The translations under genes and the position numbers were made by a program. A DNA stretch of 64,000 nt from the human T2T-CHM13v2.0 reference genome, Homo sapiens. The notes beneath the pieces are model-generated. The model did no database searches, was not told the origin of the DNA, and worked only from the letters and a program-made list of their open reading frames with translations. Positions 11,201 through 26,912 of the stretch are shown one piece after another. The stretch lies in NCBI RefSeq assembly GCF_009914755.1, contig NC_060943.1; one strand, given 5' to 3'. Position 1 is the stretch's first letter. Every line of letters begins with the position of its first letter.

Positions 11201-14024
11201 CTCTTGAATGAAAATAAAGGTTTCACTCTGTGAGATAAATCCACACATTGCAAAGCATTTTCACGTATACCTAGTTTCTAGTTTTTATCACAAAATATTT
11301 GGTTATTCTCTATAAACATGAATAAGCTCAGAAATGTCTTTTTGTAGATTCTACAAAAAGAACGTTTTCAATCTGTTGAATTAAAACAATGGCTTACCTC
11401 TGTAAGATGAATCCACACAAGGCAAAGCATTTTCACAGATAGCTTACTTCTAGTGTTTATCACAGGATAATAGATTTTTTTACTATAGATCCTCAATGGG
11501 CTCAGAAATATCCTTTCATAGATTCTACAAAAAGAGTGTTTTCCACACTAAATCAAAACTCATCTTTAATTTGGTGAGGTGAATCCAAATAACACAATGC
11601 ATTTTCACAGATGGCTTGTTTCTAGTTTTTATCATGGAATACTCAGTTTTTCACTATAGGCTTCAGTGGCCTCAGACATGTCCCTTTATAGGTTCTAGAA
11701 AAAGAGTGTTTCCAGTCTGGTGTATCACAACTCAGGTGCCACTCAGTGAGAAGAGTCCACATATCACAAAGCATTTTCACAGATAGCCTGTTTCTACTTT
11801 TCAGAGCAGGATATTCAGCTGCTTACTATAGGCCTGAAGAACTGCAGAAATGTCCCTCTGTAGATTTTACTAAAAGAGTGTTTCCAACCAGCTTAATGCA
11901 AACAAAAATTTAACACTGTAATATAAATCCTCAAATTACCGAGCATCTTCTCTGATAGCTCGTTTCTAGTATTTATCGTGGAATATTTGGTTTTTTACTA
12001 TAGGGCTTAATTGGCTCGGAAAAGTTCCTTCATAGATTCTGAAAGAAGTGTATTTCTAACTGTTGAATCAAAACCAAGGTTTAACTCTATGAGATGAATC
12101 AACACATCACAAAGCATTTTCACATAGTTTGCTTCTAGTTTTTATCAAGGGATATTCATTTTTTTGCTATAAGCCTAGATAGCATCAGAAATGTTCCTTT
12201 GTAGATTCTACAAAAAGCCTGTTTCAAACTGTTGAATCAAAATAAAAGTTTAACTCTGTGAGATGTATCCACAGGTTGCAAAGCATGTTAACAGATGCTT
12301 CTTTCTATTTTTTATCACAGGATATTCAGTTTATTACTATAGGCCTCAATGGGCTCAAAAATGTCACTTCGTAGATTCTACAAAATAAGTGTTTCCAATC
12401 TGTTATATCAAAACAAAGTTTTATCTCTATGAGATGAATCCACACTTAGCAATGCATTTTCATAGATAGCTTCTTTTTAGTTTATATCGTGAGATATTCA
12501 ATTTTTTAATATAGTCCTCAATGGGCTCAGATACATCCCTTTGTAGATTCTACAAAAAAGTGTTTTCAACCTGTTGAATCAAAACAAAGCTTTAACCCTG
12601 TAAGATGAATCCACACATCACAAATAGCTCAGATCACATCACAGATAGCTTGTTTCTAGTTTTTATTGCAGAATATTTGTTATTTTACTATAGGCCTCAA
12701 CAGGCTCAGAAATGGTTTTTTGTAGATTCTACAAAAATCCTGTTTCCAACCTGATGATTGAAAAGAAAGGTTTACTTCTGTGAGATAAATCCAGACATTG
12801 GAAAGTATTTTCACAGGTAGCTTGTTTCTTGTTTTTATTGTGGGATATTCAGGTTTTCACTATAGACCTCATTGGGCTCAGAAATGTCCCTTCATAGATT
12901 CTACAAAAAGAGTGTTTCTAACTTTTTGAGTCAAAACACAGGTTTGATTTGGTGAGATGAATCCACAAATAGCAAAGTATTTTCATATAAAACTTGTTTC
13001 TAGTTTTTATCGCAGGATTTTTTTATTACAGGCCTTAATGGGCTCAGAAATGTCTCTTTGTAGATTCTATAAAAAAGTGTTTCCCATCTGTTGAATCAAA
13101 ACAGAGGTTTAACACTGTGAGGTTAATCCACACATCACAAAGCATTTTCACAGATAGCTTGTTTCTAGTTTTTATAGGGCAATGTTCAATTTTTTACTGT
13201 AGTCCTCAATGGGCTCAGAAATGTCCCTTTGTAGATTTTACAAAAAGAGTGTTTCTAACTTGGTGAGTCAAAACACAGTTTCCATTCTGTGAGATAAATC
13301 CACACATCACAAAGCATATTCCCAGATTTTTTTCCTTCTTTTTATCACAGGATATTAGGTTTTTCACTATATGGGCTCAGTGATGTCCCTTCTCAATTAT
13401 ACAAAATTGAGTGTTTCCAATCAGTTGAATAAAAACAAAGGTTTAAACCTGTGAGATGAATCCTCACATCTCAAAGCATTTTAACTGAGAGGCTGTTTTT
13501 AGTTTTTATCGTGGCATACTCTGTTTTTCACTATGCACCTCAATGGGCTCAGAAATCCCTTTATAGATTTTATAAAAAGTATATTACCAATCTTTTGAAT
13601 CAAAATAGAGGTTCTACTCTGTGAGATGAATCCACACATGGCAAAAAATTTTCACAGATTGCTTGTTTCTAGTTTTTGTCATGGGATATTCCATTTTTCA
13701 GTATAGGTCTTAATGAGTTTAGAAATGTAACCTTGTAGATTCTACAAAAAAAGTGTTTCCATAATGTTAAATGAACAAGGAAGTTTAACTTTGTCAGATA
13801 AATCTACACATCTCAAACCATTTTCACAGATAGTTTGTTTGTAGTTTTTATCATAAGATATTTGTTTTTTTACTATAGGCCTCAATAGGTTCCAAAATGT
13901 CCATTTGTAGGTTCTACAAAACTAGTGTGTCCTGTTGAATCAAAACAGAGGTTTAACTCTGTGATATGAATCTACATATCACAAAGCATTTTCTCAGTTA
14001 GCTTTTTTTCTAGTTTTTATAACA
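5257..14024. repeat. Monomeric diverged alpha satellite, block 1 (~51 monomers; reverse strand relative to the usual consensus)
   Basis: ~171-bp period of CATTTTCACAGATAGCTTGTTTCTAG...CACTATAGGCCTCAATGGGCTCAGAAATGTCCC...TTAACTCTGTGAGATGAATCCACACATCACAAAG. No CENP-B box seen. Confidence 0.95.
9808..9831 (+). repeat. poly(A)24 tract inside an alpha monomer
   Basis: Homopolymer at the TTCTACAAAAAGAG position of the monomer. Confidence 0.9.
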
Positions 14025-17000
14025 CGTCTATTTCATTAGAATTCCTGGGATCACCCAGGTGTTTCTTTCATTAGACATGCTGGGGTGGGCCAGGGGTCTC
14101 TCTCATTAGAATGTCTGGGGTGGCCCTGGTTTCTCTATCATTAGAGTGCCTGGGGTCAGCCAAGTATCTCTCCCATTAGAATGCCTAGGCTTAACAAAAT
14201 GTTTTTATCATTAGACTGCCTGCAGTTGGGTGAGAGTCTCTCCCATTAAAATACCTGTGTTTGATCAAGTGTCTCTATCATTAGAATTCCTGTGTTCGGC
14301 TGGAAATCTCTCTTAATAGAATGCCTGGGGTCAGCCAGTTGTCTCCATCATTAGACTGCCTGGGTTTGGCTAAGAGTGCCTCTCATTGGAATGCCTGGGA
14401 TTGCCCAAGTGGCTCTACGATTAGACTGCCTGTGGTCCCCCAGATGTCTCTTTCATTTGAATGCCTGGGGTCGTACAGGTGTCTCTATAATTAGACTGCC
14501 AGTAGTCAGCAAGTAGTCTTTTCCATTAGAATACCTGTGGTTGCCAAGTAGTCTCTATTTTTAGACTGCCTGCAGTCACCCAATAGTCTCCCATTAGAAT
14601 GTGTGTTGTCAACTGGAAGTCTCTTGCATTAGAATGCCTGTGTTGCTCAGGAGTCTCTTCCAGTAGAATGCCTGGGGTTGGCTAGTTGCCTCTATAATTA
14701 GAAAGCCTGGGGTCTTCCTTGAGCCTCTCCCATTACATGTCTTTCAGTCGACCAGGTAGGTGTTTCTATCATTAGACTGCCTGGGGACGGCCAGGAATCT
14801 CTTTCATTGGAATGCCCACTTTTGCCCAGATGTCTTTATCATTAGACTCCTGGTGTCAGCCGGGAGCCTCTCCCATTAAAATGCCTAAGGCAGCTCAGTT
14901 GTCTTTATCATTGGACTGCCTGGGGTTGGCCAGGAGTCTTTCCAACTAGACTGCCTGGGGTCTGCCGGGAGTCTCTCAGATTAAAATGTTTTTGATCACC
15001 CAGGTGTCTCTATTATTAGACTGCCTGGGGTCGGCAGAAAATCCCTGCCATTAGAATGCCTTTGGTCGCCCAGGTGTCTCCATCATTCAACTTCTGGAGT
15101 CAGCTAGGAGTCCCTCCCATTACAATGCCTAGAATCGCTGGGAGTCTCTCCCATTATAATGCCTGGGGATGCTTAGGTATCTTTAGCATTAGAATGCCTG
15201 TGGTCAGCCAGGAGTCTTTCCCAATAAAATGCAAAGTGTTGCCCCATGTCAATATTATTAGAAGGCCTGGGGTCAGCTGGGAGTCTCTCCCATTAGAAAA
15301 CCTGGGGTCTGCCAAAAGTATTTTTCATTAGAATGCCTGGCATCTCACAGATTTCTCTATTATTAGAATACCTGGAGTTGGCATGGAGCCTCTCCAATTA
15401 AAATGCCCGTGTCACCCAGATGTCTCTATAATTTGACTGCTTCGGGTCAGCCAAGAGACTCTTTCAAGAGAATGCCTGGGGTTCTCTAGAAATCTCTCTT
15501 ATTAGAATGCCAGGTGTCTGTATTATTAAAATACCTGGGGTAGTTCTGGAGTTTCACCCATTCAAATGCCTGTGGTTGCCCAGGTGTCTCTATCATTAGA
15601 CTGCCTGTGGTTGGCTGGGTGTCTCTCCCATTAGAATGTGTGGGGTCGATTTGGTGTCGCTATTATTAGGTTGCCTTGGGTCAACCAGGAGTCTCTTTCA
15701 TTAGAATGCCTGGGGTTGGCCATGAGTCTCTCCCATTAGAATGTCTGGGGTCGCCCAGGTGTCTCTATCATTAGACTTGCCTGGGGTCAGCTTGGAGTCG
15801 CTTACATTAGAATGCCTGGGGTCACCCTGGTGTCTTTATAGTTAGACTGTCTGGGCTCAGTGTGAGGTTTCTCTCATTAGAATGCCTGAGTTTGCCCAGT
15901 TGTCTCTTTCATTAGACTGCCTGGGATCGGCCAGGAGTCTCTCCCATTAGAATCCCTGAGGCAGCCCAGCTGTCTCTATCATTAGATTGCCTGAGTTTGG
16001 TGAAAGTTTCTCCCATTAGAATGCCTCAGGTTGCCCAGGTGTCTCTATTATTAGACTGCCCATGGTTGGCCAGGTGTATCTCCCATTAGAATGCCTCAGG
16101 TCCCTCAGGTGTCTCTACTATTAGACTGCCCATGGTTGGCCAGGTGCCTTTCCCGTTCGAATGCCTGGGATTGCCCAGGTGTCTCTATAATTAGACTACT
16201 TGGGATCGGTCAGAAGTGTCTCCCATTCGAATGCCTGTTTTTACCCAGGTGTCTGTATCATTATACTACCTGTCATCAGCCAGTCATTTCCCGTTAGAGT
16301 GCCTAGGTTGCACCAAAAATCCCTTGCATTAGAATGTTTGGGGTCTCCCAGGTGTCTCTATTGTTAGACTGCTTGGGTTCAGTCAGTAGTCTTTCCCATT
16401 ACAATGCATGAGGTCGCCCAGGTGTCTTTATCACTAGACAGCCTGGGGTTGGCTGGGAGTCTCTCCCATTAGAATGCCTGGGGTCATTCAGATGTCTTCA
16501 TAATTAGACTGCCTTGGGTCACCCAGGAGTCTCTCCAGTTAGAATGCTTGCTGTCGCCCAAGTGTCCTTATCCTTAAACTGTCTGGTGTCTGCCAGGGGT
16601 CTGTCCAATTAGAATGCCTGGGGTTGGACGGGAGAAAGCCTGTGGTTGCTCAGCTGTCTCTATCATTAGAATGCCTGGGGTCAGCCGAAAGTCTCTCCCA
16701 TTCGAATGCCTGGAGTCACCCATGTGTCTCTCTTATTAGCCTTCCTGGCATCAGCCAGGAGTTTCTTCCATTAAAATGCCTGAGATCACCAAGATATCTC
16801 TTTCGTTAGACTTCCTGGGGTCAGCCAGGAAGCTCTCTCATTACAATGCCTTGTGTGAGGTGAAAGTCTTTCCCAGAAGTATGCCTGGTTTCTCTATCAT
16901 TAGACTTCCTGGGGTCAACCAGGAATCTCACACACAAGAATGCCTGTGGTTGCCCACGTTTCTTTATAATTAGACTGTTTGGCCAGAACTCTCTTCCATT

Positions 17001-19745
17001 AGAATGTCTGGTGTTGCCCAGGTGACTCTACCATTAGAATGCCTAGAATTGGCCAGAAGTCTCTCCCATGAAAATGCCTGGGTCACCCAGGTGACTCTAT
17101 CACTAGACTGCCTGGGATTGGGTGGGAGTCTCTCCCATTATAATCTCTGTGGTCAATCAGGTGTCTCTATCATTAGAATCCCTGAGGTCTGCTGGCAATC
17201 TTTTCTATTAGAATTTCTGTTTGCCCAGGTTTCTCTATCATTAGACTGCCTGAGGTCAGCCGGCACGTTTTCCCATTATTATACCTGGGATAATAATTTC
17301 CCATTATTATACCTGGGATAATATTGCTCATGCACCTCTATCATTAAACAACCTAAGTTTGGAAGGGGTCTCTCTCATTAGAATGATTGGGGTTGCCCAG
17401 GTATCTCTTTCATTACACTACCTGGGGTCAGCTGGGAATCTCTCCCATTAGGATTCACACCAAGTGTCTGTATAATTAAACTGCCTGGGGTTGCCCAGTT
17501 ATCTCTTTCATTACACCACCTGGGGTCAGCTGGGAATCTCTCCCATTAGGATTCACACCAAGTGTCTCTATAATTAAACTGGCTGGGCTCAGCCAGGAGT
17601 CTTTCCCATTAGAATGGTTATGGTCACTCAGGTGTCTTTACCTTAGACTGCTTGAGGTAAGCCAAGAGTCTCTCCCATTAGAATTCCTGGCATCGTCTGA
17701 GAGTCTTTAACATTAGAATGCCTGGGGTCATGCAGGTGTCTCTATAATTAGACTGCTTGAGGTCAGCAAAGAGTCTCTCCCAAGAGAATACCTGGGGTTG
17801 GCTGAAAGTTTTGCCCATTACAACGCCTGGGGTTGCCGAGGTGTCTCTATCATTAGAATGCCTGGGGTTGTCCAGGAGTCTCTCCCATTAGAATGCCTAG
17901 GGTTGCCTAGGTGTCTCCATCATTAGACTGACTGCAGTCAGCTGTAAATCTCTCCCATTAGAATGCATGGGATCACCCAGGTGTCTCTATCACTAGACTG
18001 CCTTGGGTCCGCCGGGAGTCTTTTCCATTTCAATGTTTCAGATTGCCCCCATGTCTCTACAATTAGGCTGCCTAAGCTCGTCCAGGAGTCTCTCCTAATA
18101 AAATGCCTGTGGTTGGCCAGGTGTCTCTATCATTAGTCTGTCTAAGTTCAGCTGGGAGTATCTCCCATTAGAATGCCTGGGGTCATTCAGGTGTCTGTAT
18201 CATCACATTGCCTGGGGTCGCCAAGGAATCTCTTTTGTTAGAATGTCTGGGGTAGCCCAGGTGTCTCTATAATTAGACTGCTGGGGGTCAGCCAGGAGTC
18301 TCTCCCATTAGAATACCTGTGGTCTCCCAGGTGTCTTCTTTCTAAGACTGCCTGTGATCGACCTCAAGTCTTCCATTAAAATTCCTGGGATCTGCTGGGA
18401 GTCTTTTTCCTTAGAATGCCTGGGGTCACCAAAATGTCTTTATCATTAGACTGCTGGGGTTTGACCAGGAGTCTCTCCCATTAAAATGTCTGAGGTCTCC
18501 AAAGTGTCTCTATCATTAGACTGCCTGGGATCAGCTGGGAGTCTCTCCCATTAGAATGCCTGGGGTCGACCAGGTGTTGTTATCTTTAGTCTACCTGGGT
18601 TGGCCAGGAGTTTCTTCCATTAGAATGCCTGATGTCAGATGGAAATATCTCCTATTAGAATGACTGAGGTAGCCCAGTTTTCTCTGTCACTAGAATGCCT
18701 GGGATCACCCAGGTTTCCCTATCATTATAATGCCAGAGATTGGCCTAAATTCTCCTTCATTAGTGTTCCTTGCATCACCAAGGTGACTCTCTCCTTAGAC
18801 TGACTTGGTTTGGTGGGTAGTCTCTCTCATTAGAATGCCTGGGGTTGCCCTGTTGTCTGTAACATTAGACTGCCTGAAATTGGCCGGAAGTCTCTTCCAC
18901 TGGAAGGTCTGGGTTCGCCAAAATGACTCTATCATTAGACTGTCTGGTGTCAGTTGGAAGCCTCTCCCATTAGAATGCCTGGGGTAAGATGGAATTCTCT
19001 ACCATTAGAATGCCTAGGGTTGGCTGGGAGTCTCTCCCATTAGAGTGCCTGTGGTGTCCCAAATGTCTCTATCATTAGAATGCCTGGGGTTGACCAAGAA
19101 CCTCTTTCATTAGAATGTGTGGGTTTGCCCAAGTGTATCTATCATTAGACTGCCTGTGGTCAATGGAGTCTCTCTGGATTGAATGCCTGGGGTCGCTCTG
19201 GTGTCTCCAACATTAGACTGCTTGGGGTTGCTCAGAAGTCACCCCCAATGCCTGGAGTCAGCATGGAATCTCTCCTTTTAAAATGCCTTGTGTCTCCCAG
19301 ATGTCTCTATCATTAGACTACTTGGAGTCATCCGGGAGTCTCTCCAATGAGAAGACCTGGGGCTGCCCATGTGTCTCTATTATTAGACTGCCTTGTGGTC
19401 AGCCTTACATTAGAATGCATGGGGTAGCCCAGGTGTCTCTATCATTAAATTGCCTGAATTTGGCTAGAAGTCTATCTGTTTAGAGTGACTAGAGTGAACC
19501 TGGAGTGTCTCCCATAACAATGCCTGGTGTTGCCCAGGTGTCTTCACCATTGGAATGCCTGGTATCAGCCAGGAGTCTGTCTCATTAGAATGCCTGGAGT
19601 GACGCAGGTGTCTCTATCATTAGACTGGCTGGGGTCGGCTAGGAATGTCTCCCATTAGAATGCATGGGGTAACCCAGATGACTATCCTTTGACTGCCTGG
19701 GGTTGGTGAGGAGTCTCTCCCATTATAATGCTTGAAATCAACCAG
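14025..19745. repeat. 35-bp satellite (HSAT4-like), block 2
   Basis: Same 35/70-bp units and same orientation as block 1. Confidence 0.88.
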
Positions 19746-19962
19746 TATTTTCACAAATAGCTTGTTTCGAGTTTTTATTGAGGGATATTCATTTTTTCAC
19801 TACAGGCCTCAATGGGCTCAGAAATGTCCCTTTTGTAAACTCTACAAAAAGAGTGTTTCCAACATGGTGAATCAACAGGTTAGATTCGTCTAGATTAATC
19901 CACACATTAGAAAGAATTTTCACAGATAGCTCTGGTTATTATTACAAGATATTTGGTTTTTC
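19746..19962. repeat. Alpha satellite, block 2a (before the L1 insertion)
   Basis: About 1.3 monomers; resumes in phase after the L1 at 26115. Confidence 0.9.
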
Positions 19963-20182
19963 TTTTTTCTATTTTTTATTATACTTTAAGTTTTAGGGTA
20001 CATGTGCACAATGTGCAGGTTAGTTACATATGTATACATGTGCCATGTTGGTGTGCTGCACCCATTAACTCGTCATTTAACATTAGGTATATCTCCTAAT
20101 GCTATCCCTCCCCCCTCCCCCTACCCCACAACAGGCCCCGGTGTGTGATGCTCCCCCTCCTGTGTCCATCTGTTCTCATTGT

Positions 20183-24004
<3,822 letters not shown>

Positions 24005-24067
24005 TATGATGTTAGCTGGCTATTTTGCTCATTAGGTGATGCAGTTTCTTCCTAGCCTCAATGGTCT

Positions 24068-25086
24068 TTACAATTTGGCCTGTTTTTGCAGTGGCTGGTA
24101 TCAGTTGTTCCTTTCCATGTTTAGTGCTTCCTTCAGGAGCTCTTTTAGGGAAGGCCTGGTGGTGACGAAATCTCTCAGCATTTGCTTGTCTGTAAAGCAT
24201 TTTATTTCTCCTTCACTTATGAAGCTTAGTTTGACTGTATATGAAATTCTGCGTTGAAAATTCTGTTCTTTAAGAATGTTGAATATTGGCCCCCACTCTC
24301 TTCCGGCTTGTAGAGTTTCTACTGACATATCTGCTGTTTGTCCGATGGGCTTCCCTTTGTGGGTAACCCGACCTTTCTCTCTGGCTATCCTTAACATTTT
24401 TTCCTTCATTTGAAATTTGGCGAATCTGACAATTATGTGTCTTGGAGTTGCTCTTCTCGAGGAGTATCTTTGTAGCATTCTCTGTTATTTCCTGAATTTG
24501 AATGTTGGCCTGCCTTGCTAGATTGGGGAAATTCTCCTGGATATTATCCCGCAGAGTGTTTTCCAACTTGGTTCCATTCTCCCTGTCACTTTCGGATACA
24601 ACAATCCGATGTAGATTTGGGGTTTTTACATAGTCCCATATTTCTTGAAGGCTTTGTTCATTTCTTTTTATTCTTTTTTCTATAAGCTTCTCTTCTCACT
24701 TCATTTCATTCATTTGATCTTCCATCACTGATACCCTTTCTTCCAGTTGATCGAATTGGTTACTGAGGCTTGTGCATTCATCATGTATTTCTCGTGCCTT
24801 GGTTTTCAGCTCCATCAAGTCCTTTAAGGACTTCTCTGCATTGGCTATTCTAGTTAGCTATTCATCTAACTTTTTTTCAAGGTTTTTAACTTCTTTGCCA
24901 TGGGTTCGAACTTTCTCTTTTAGCTCAGAATAGTTTGATCATCTGAAGCCTTCTTCTCTCAAGTCGTCAAAGTCATTCTCCATCCAGCTTTGTTTCATTG
25001 CTGGTGAGGAGCTGCATTCCTTTGGAGGAGGAGAGGCACTCTAATTTTTAGAGTTTCCAGTTTTTCTTTTCTGTTTTATTCCCCAT
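24068..25086 (-). pseudogene. ORF1: L1 ORF1 (RNA-binding protein), disrupted
   Basis: ATGGGGAA start at 25086. Fragments ENFPNLARQANIQIQEI and RATPRHIIVRF...LKELLKEAL lie in different frames. Confidence 0.93.
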
Positions 25087-26113
25087 TTTTGTGGTTTTTT
25101 CTACCTTTGGTCTTCAATGATGGTGACGTACAGATGGGGTTTTTGTGTGGATGTCCTTTCTGTTTGTTAGTTTTCCTTCTAACAGTCAGGACCCTCAGCT
25201 GCAGGTCTGTTGGAGTTTGCTGGAGGTCCACTCCAGACCCTATTTGCCTAGGTATCAGCAGCAAAGGCTGCAGAACAGCGGATATTGGTGAACAGCAAAT
25301 GTTGATGCCTGATTGTTCCTCTGGAAGTTTTGTCTCAGAGGAGTACCCGGCCTTGTGAGGTGTCAGTCTGCCCCTACTGGGGGGTGCTTCCCAGTTATGC
25401 TACTTGGGGTTCAGGGACCCACTTGAGGAGGCAATCTCTCCATTCTCAGATCTCCAGCTGCGTGCTGGGAGAACCACTACTCTCTTCAAAGCTGTCAGAC
25501 AGGGACAATTAAATCTGCAAAGGTTTCTGTTGCCTTTTGTTTGGCTATGTCCTGCCCCCGGAGGTGGAGTCTACAGAGGCAGGCAGGCCTCCTTGAGCTG
25601 TGGTGGGCTCCACCAAGTTCGAGCTTCCTAGCCACTTTGTTTACCTATTCAAGCCTCGGCAATGGTGGGTGCCCCTCCCCAAGCCTCTCTGCCACCTTGC
25701 AGTTTGATCTTATACTGCTGTGCTAGCAATAAGCAAGGCTCCATGGGTGTAGAACCCTCCAAGCCATGCAAGGGATATAATCTCCTGGTGTGCCATTTGC
25801 TAAGACCATTGGAAAAGTGCAGTATTATGGTGGGAGTGACCTGATTTTCCAGGTGCCATCTGTCACCACTTTCTTTGACTAGGAAAGTGAATTCCCTGAC
25901 CCCTTGTGCTTCCCAGGTGAGGTGATGCCTCACCCTCTTTTGGCTCATGCTCGGTGTCCTGCACCCACTGTCCTGAACCCACTTTCCAACACTCCCCAGT
26001 GAGATGAACCTGGTACCTCAGTTGGAAATGCAGAAATCATCCATCTTCTGTGTGGCTCATGCTGGGAGCTGTAGACTGGAGCTGTTCCTATTTGGCTTTT
26101 TTGGCTCCACCCC
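25087..26113 (-). promoter_or_regulatory. L1 5'UTR (internal sense promoter and antisense promoter), CpG-decayed
   Basis: Recognisable L1PA 5'UTR with many CpG-to-TpG/CpA changes. The YY1 core CAAGATGGCC is mutated (reads CAAAAAAGCC). Confidence 0.8.
25662..25844 (+). pseudogene. ORF0: L1 antisense ORF0, truncated to 60 aa
   Basis: MVGAPPQASLPPCSLILYCCASN... matches recalled primate L1 ORF0 (MAGAPPPASLPPCSLISDCCASN..., 71 aa). It stops early at a probable CGA>TGA. Confidence 0.8.
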
Positions 26114-26114
26114 T

Positions 26115-26875
26115 GATGTTTGGTTTTTCACAGTAGGCCTCAATGAGCACAAAAATGTCCCTGCATAGATTCTACAAAAGAAAAAGAAAGGTTTTTTAAC
26201 CTGTTGAATCAAAAGAAAGGTTTAACTCTGTGAGATGAATCCACTTGTCACAAAGCATCTTCACAGATAGCTTGTTTTTAGTTCTTATCGCATGATATAT
26301 CATTTCTCACTATAGGCCTCAAGAGGCTCAGAAATTTTCCTTTGTAGATTCTACAAACACAGTGTTCCCAACCTGGTGAATAAAAACACATGGTTTAGTC
26401 AATGAGATGAATCACCGACTAAACTGAAGATCTTCACAGGTAGCCTGTTTACAGTTTTTGCCTTGGGACATTCGGTTTTTCACTATAGGCCTCATGGAAC
26501 TCAGGCCTAATTTTGAACAATGCCTTCGTAGATTCTACAAATAGAGTGTTCCCAAACTGGTAAGTCAAAATGCAGGTTCTATTCAGTGAGATAAATCTAT
26601 ATATCACAAAGCATTTTCACAGATTTCTTGTTTCAAATTTTTATGGCAGGATATTTGTTTTTTCACTATAGGCCCCAATGGGCTCAGAAATGTCCCTTCA
26701 TAGATTCTAGAATAAGAGTGTTTCCAGCCTCTTAAATCAAAAGAAAGTTTCCATTTCGTGAGATAAATCCACACATCATAAATTATTTTTACAGATGGCT
26801 TGTTTCTATTTTTTATCTTGTGATATTCTGTTTTTCACTGTAGGCCTCAAGTGGCTCATAATGTATTGTTGTAAA

Positions 26876-26912
<37 letters not shown>

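Noticed and set aside
1714-19483. Many 60-118 aa ORFs in HSAT4, Alu and alpha sequence
   Set aside because: They are chance translations of repeats (recurring IRMPGV, SLDCL and CDVWIH patterns), with no domain, exon structure or promoter evidence.
1-19745. CRISPR-like array (35-bp partially palindromic repeats in 1-5256 and 14025-19745)
   Set aside because: Units are contiguous with no unique spacers, there are no cas genes, and the context is a primate satellite with Alu and L1.
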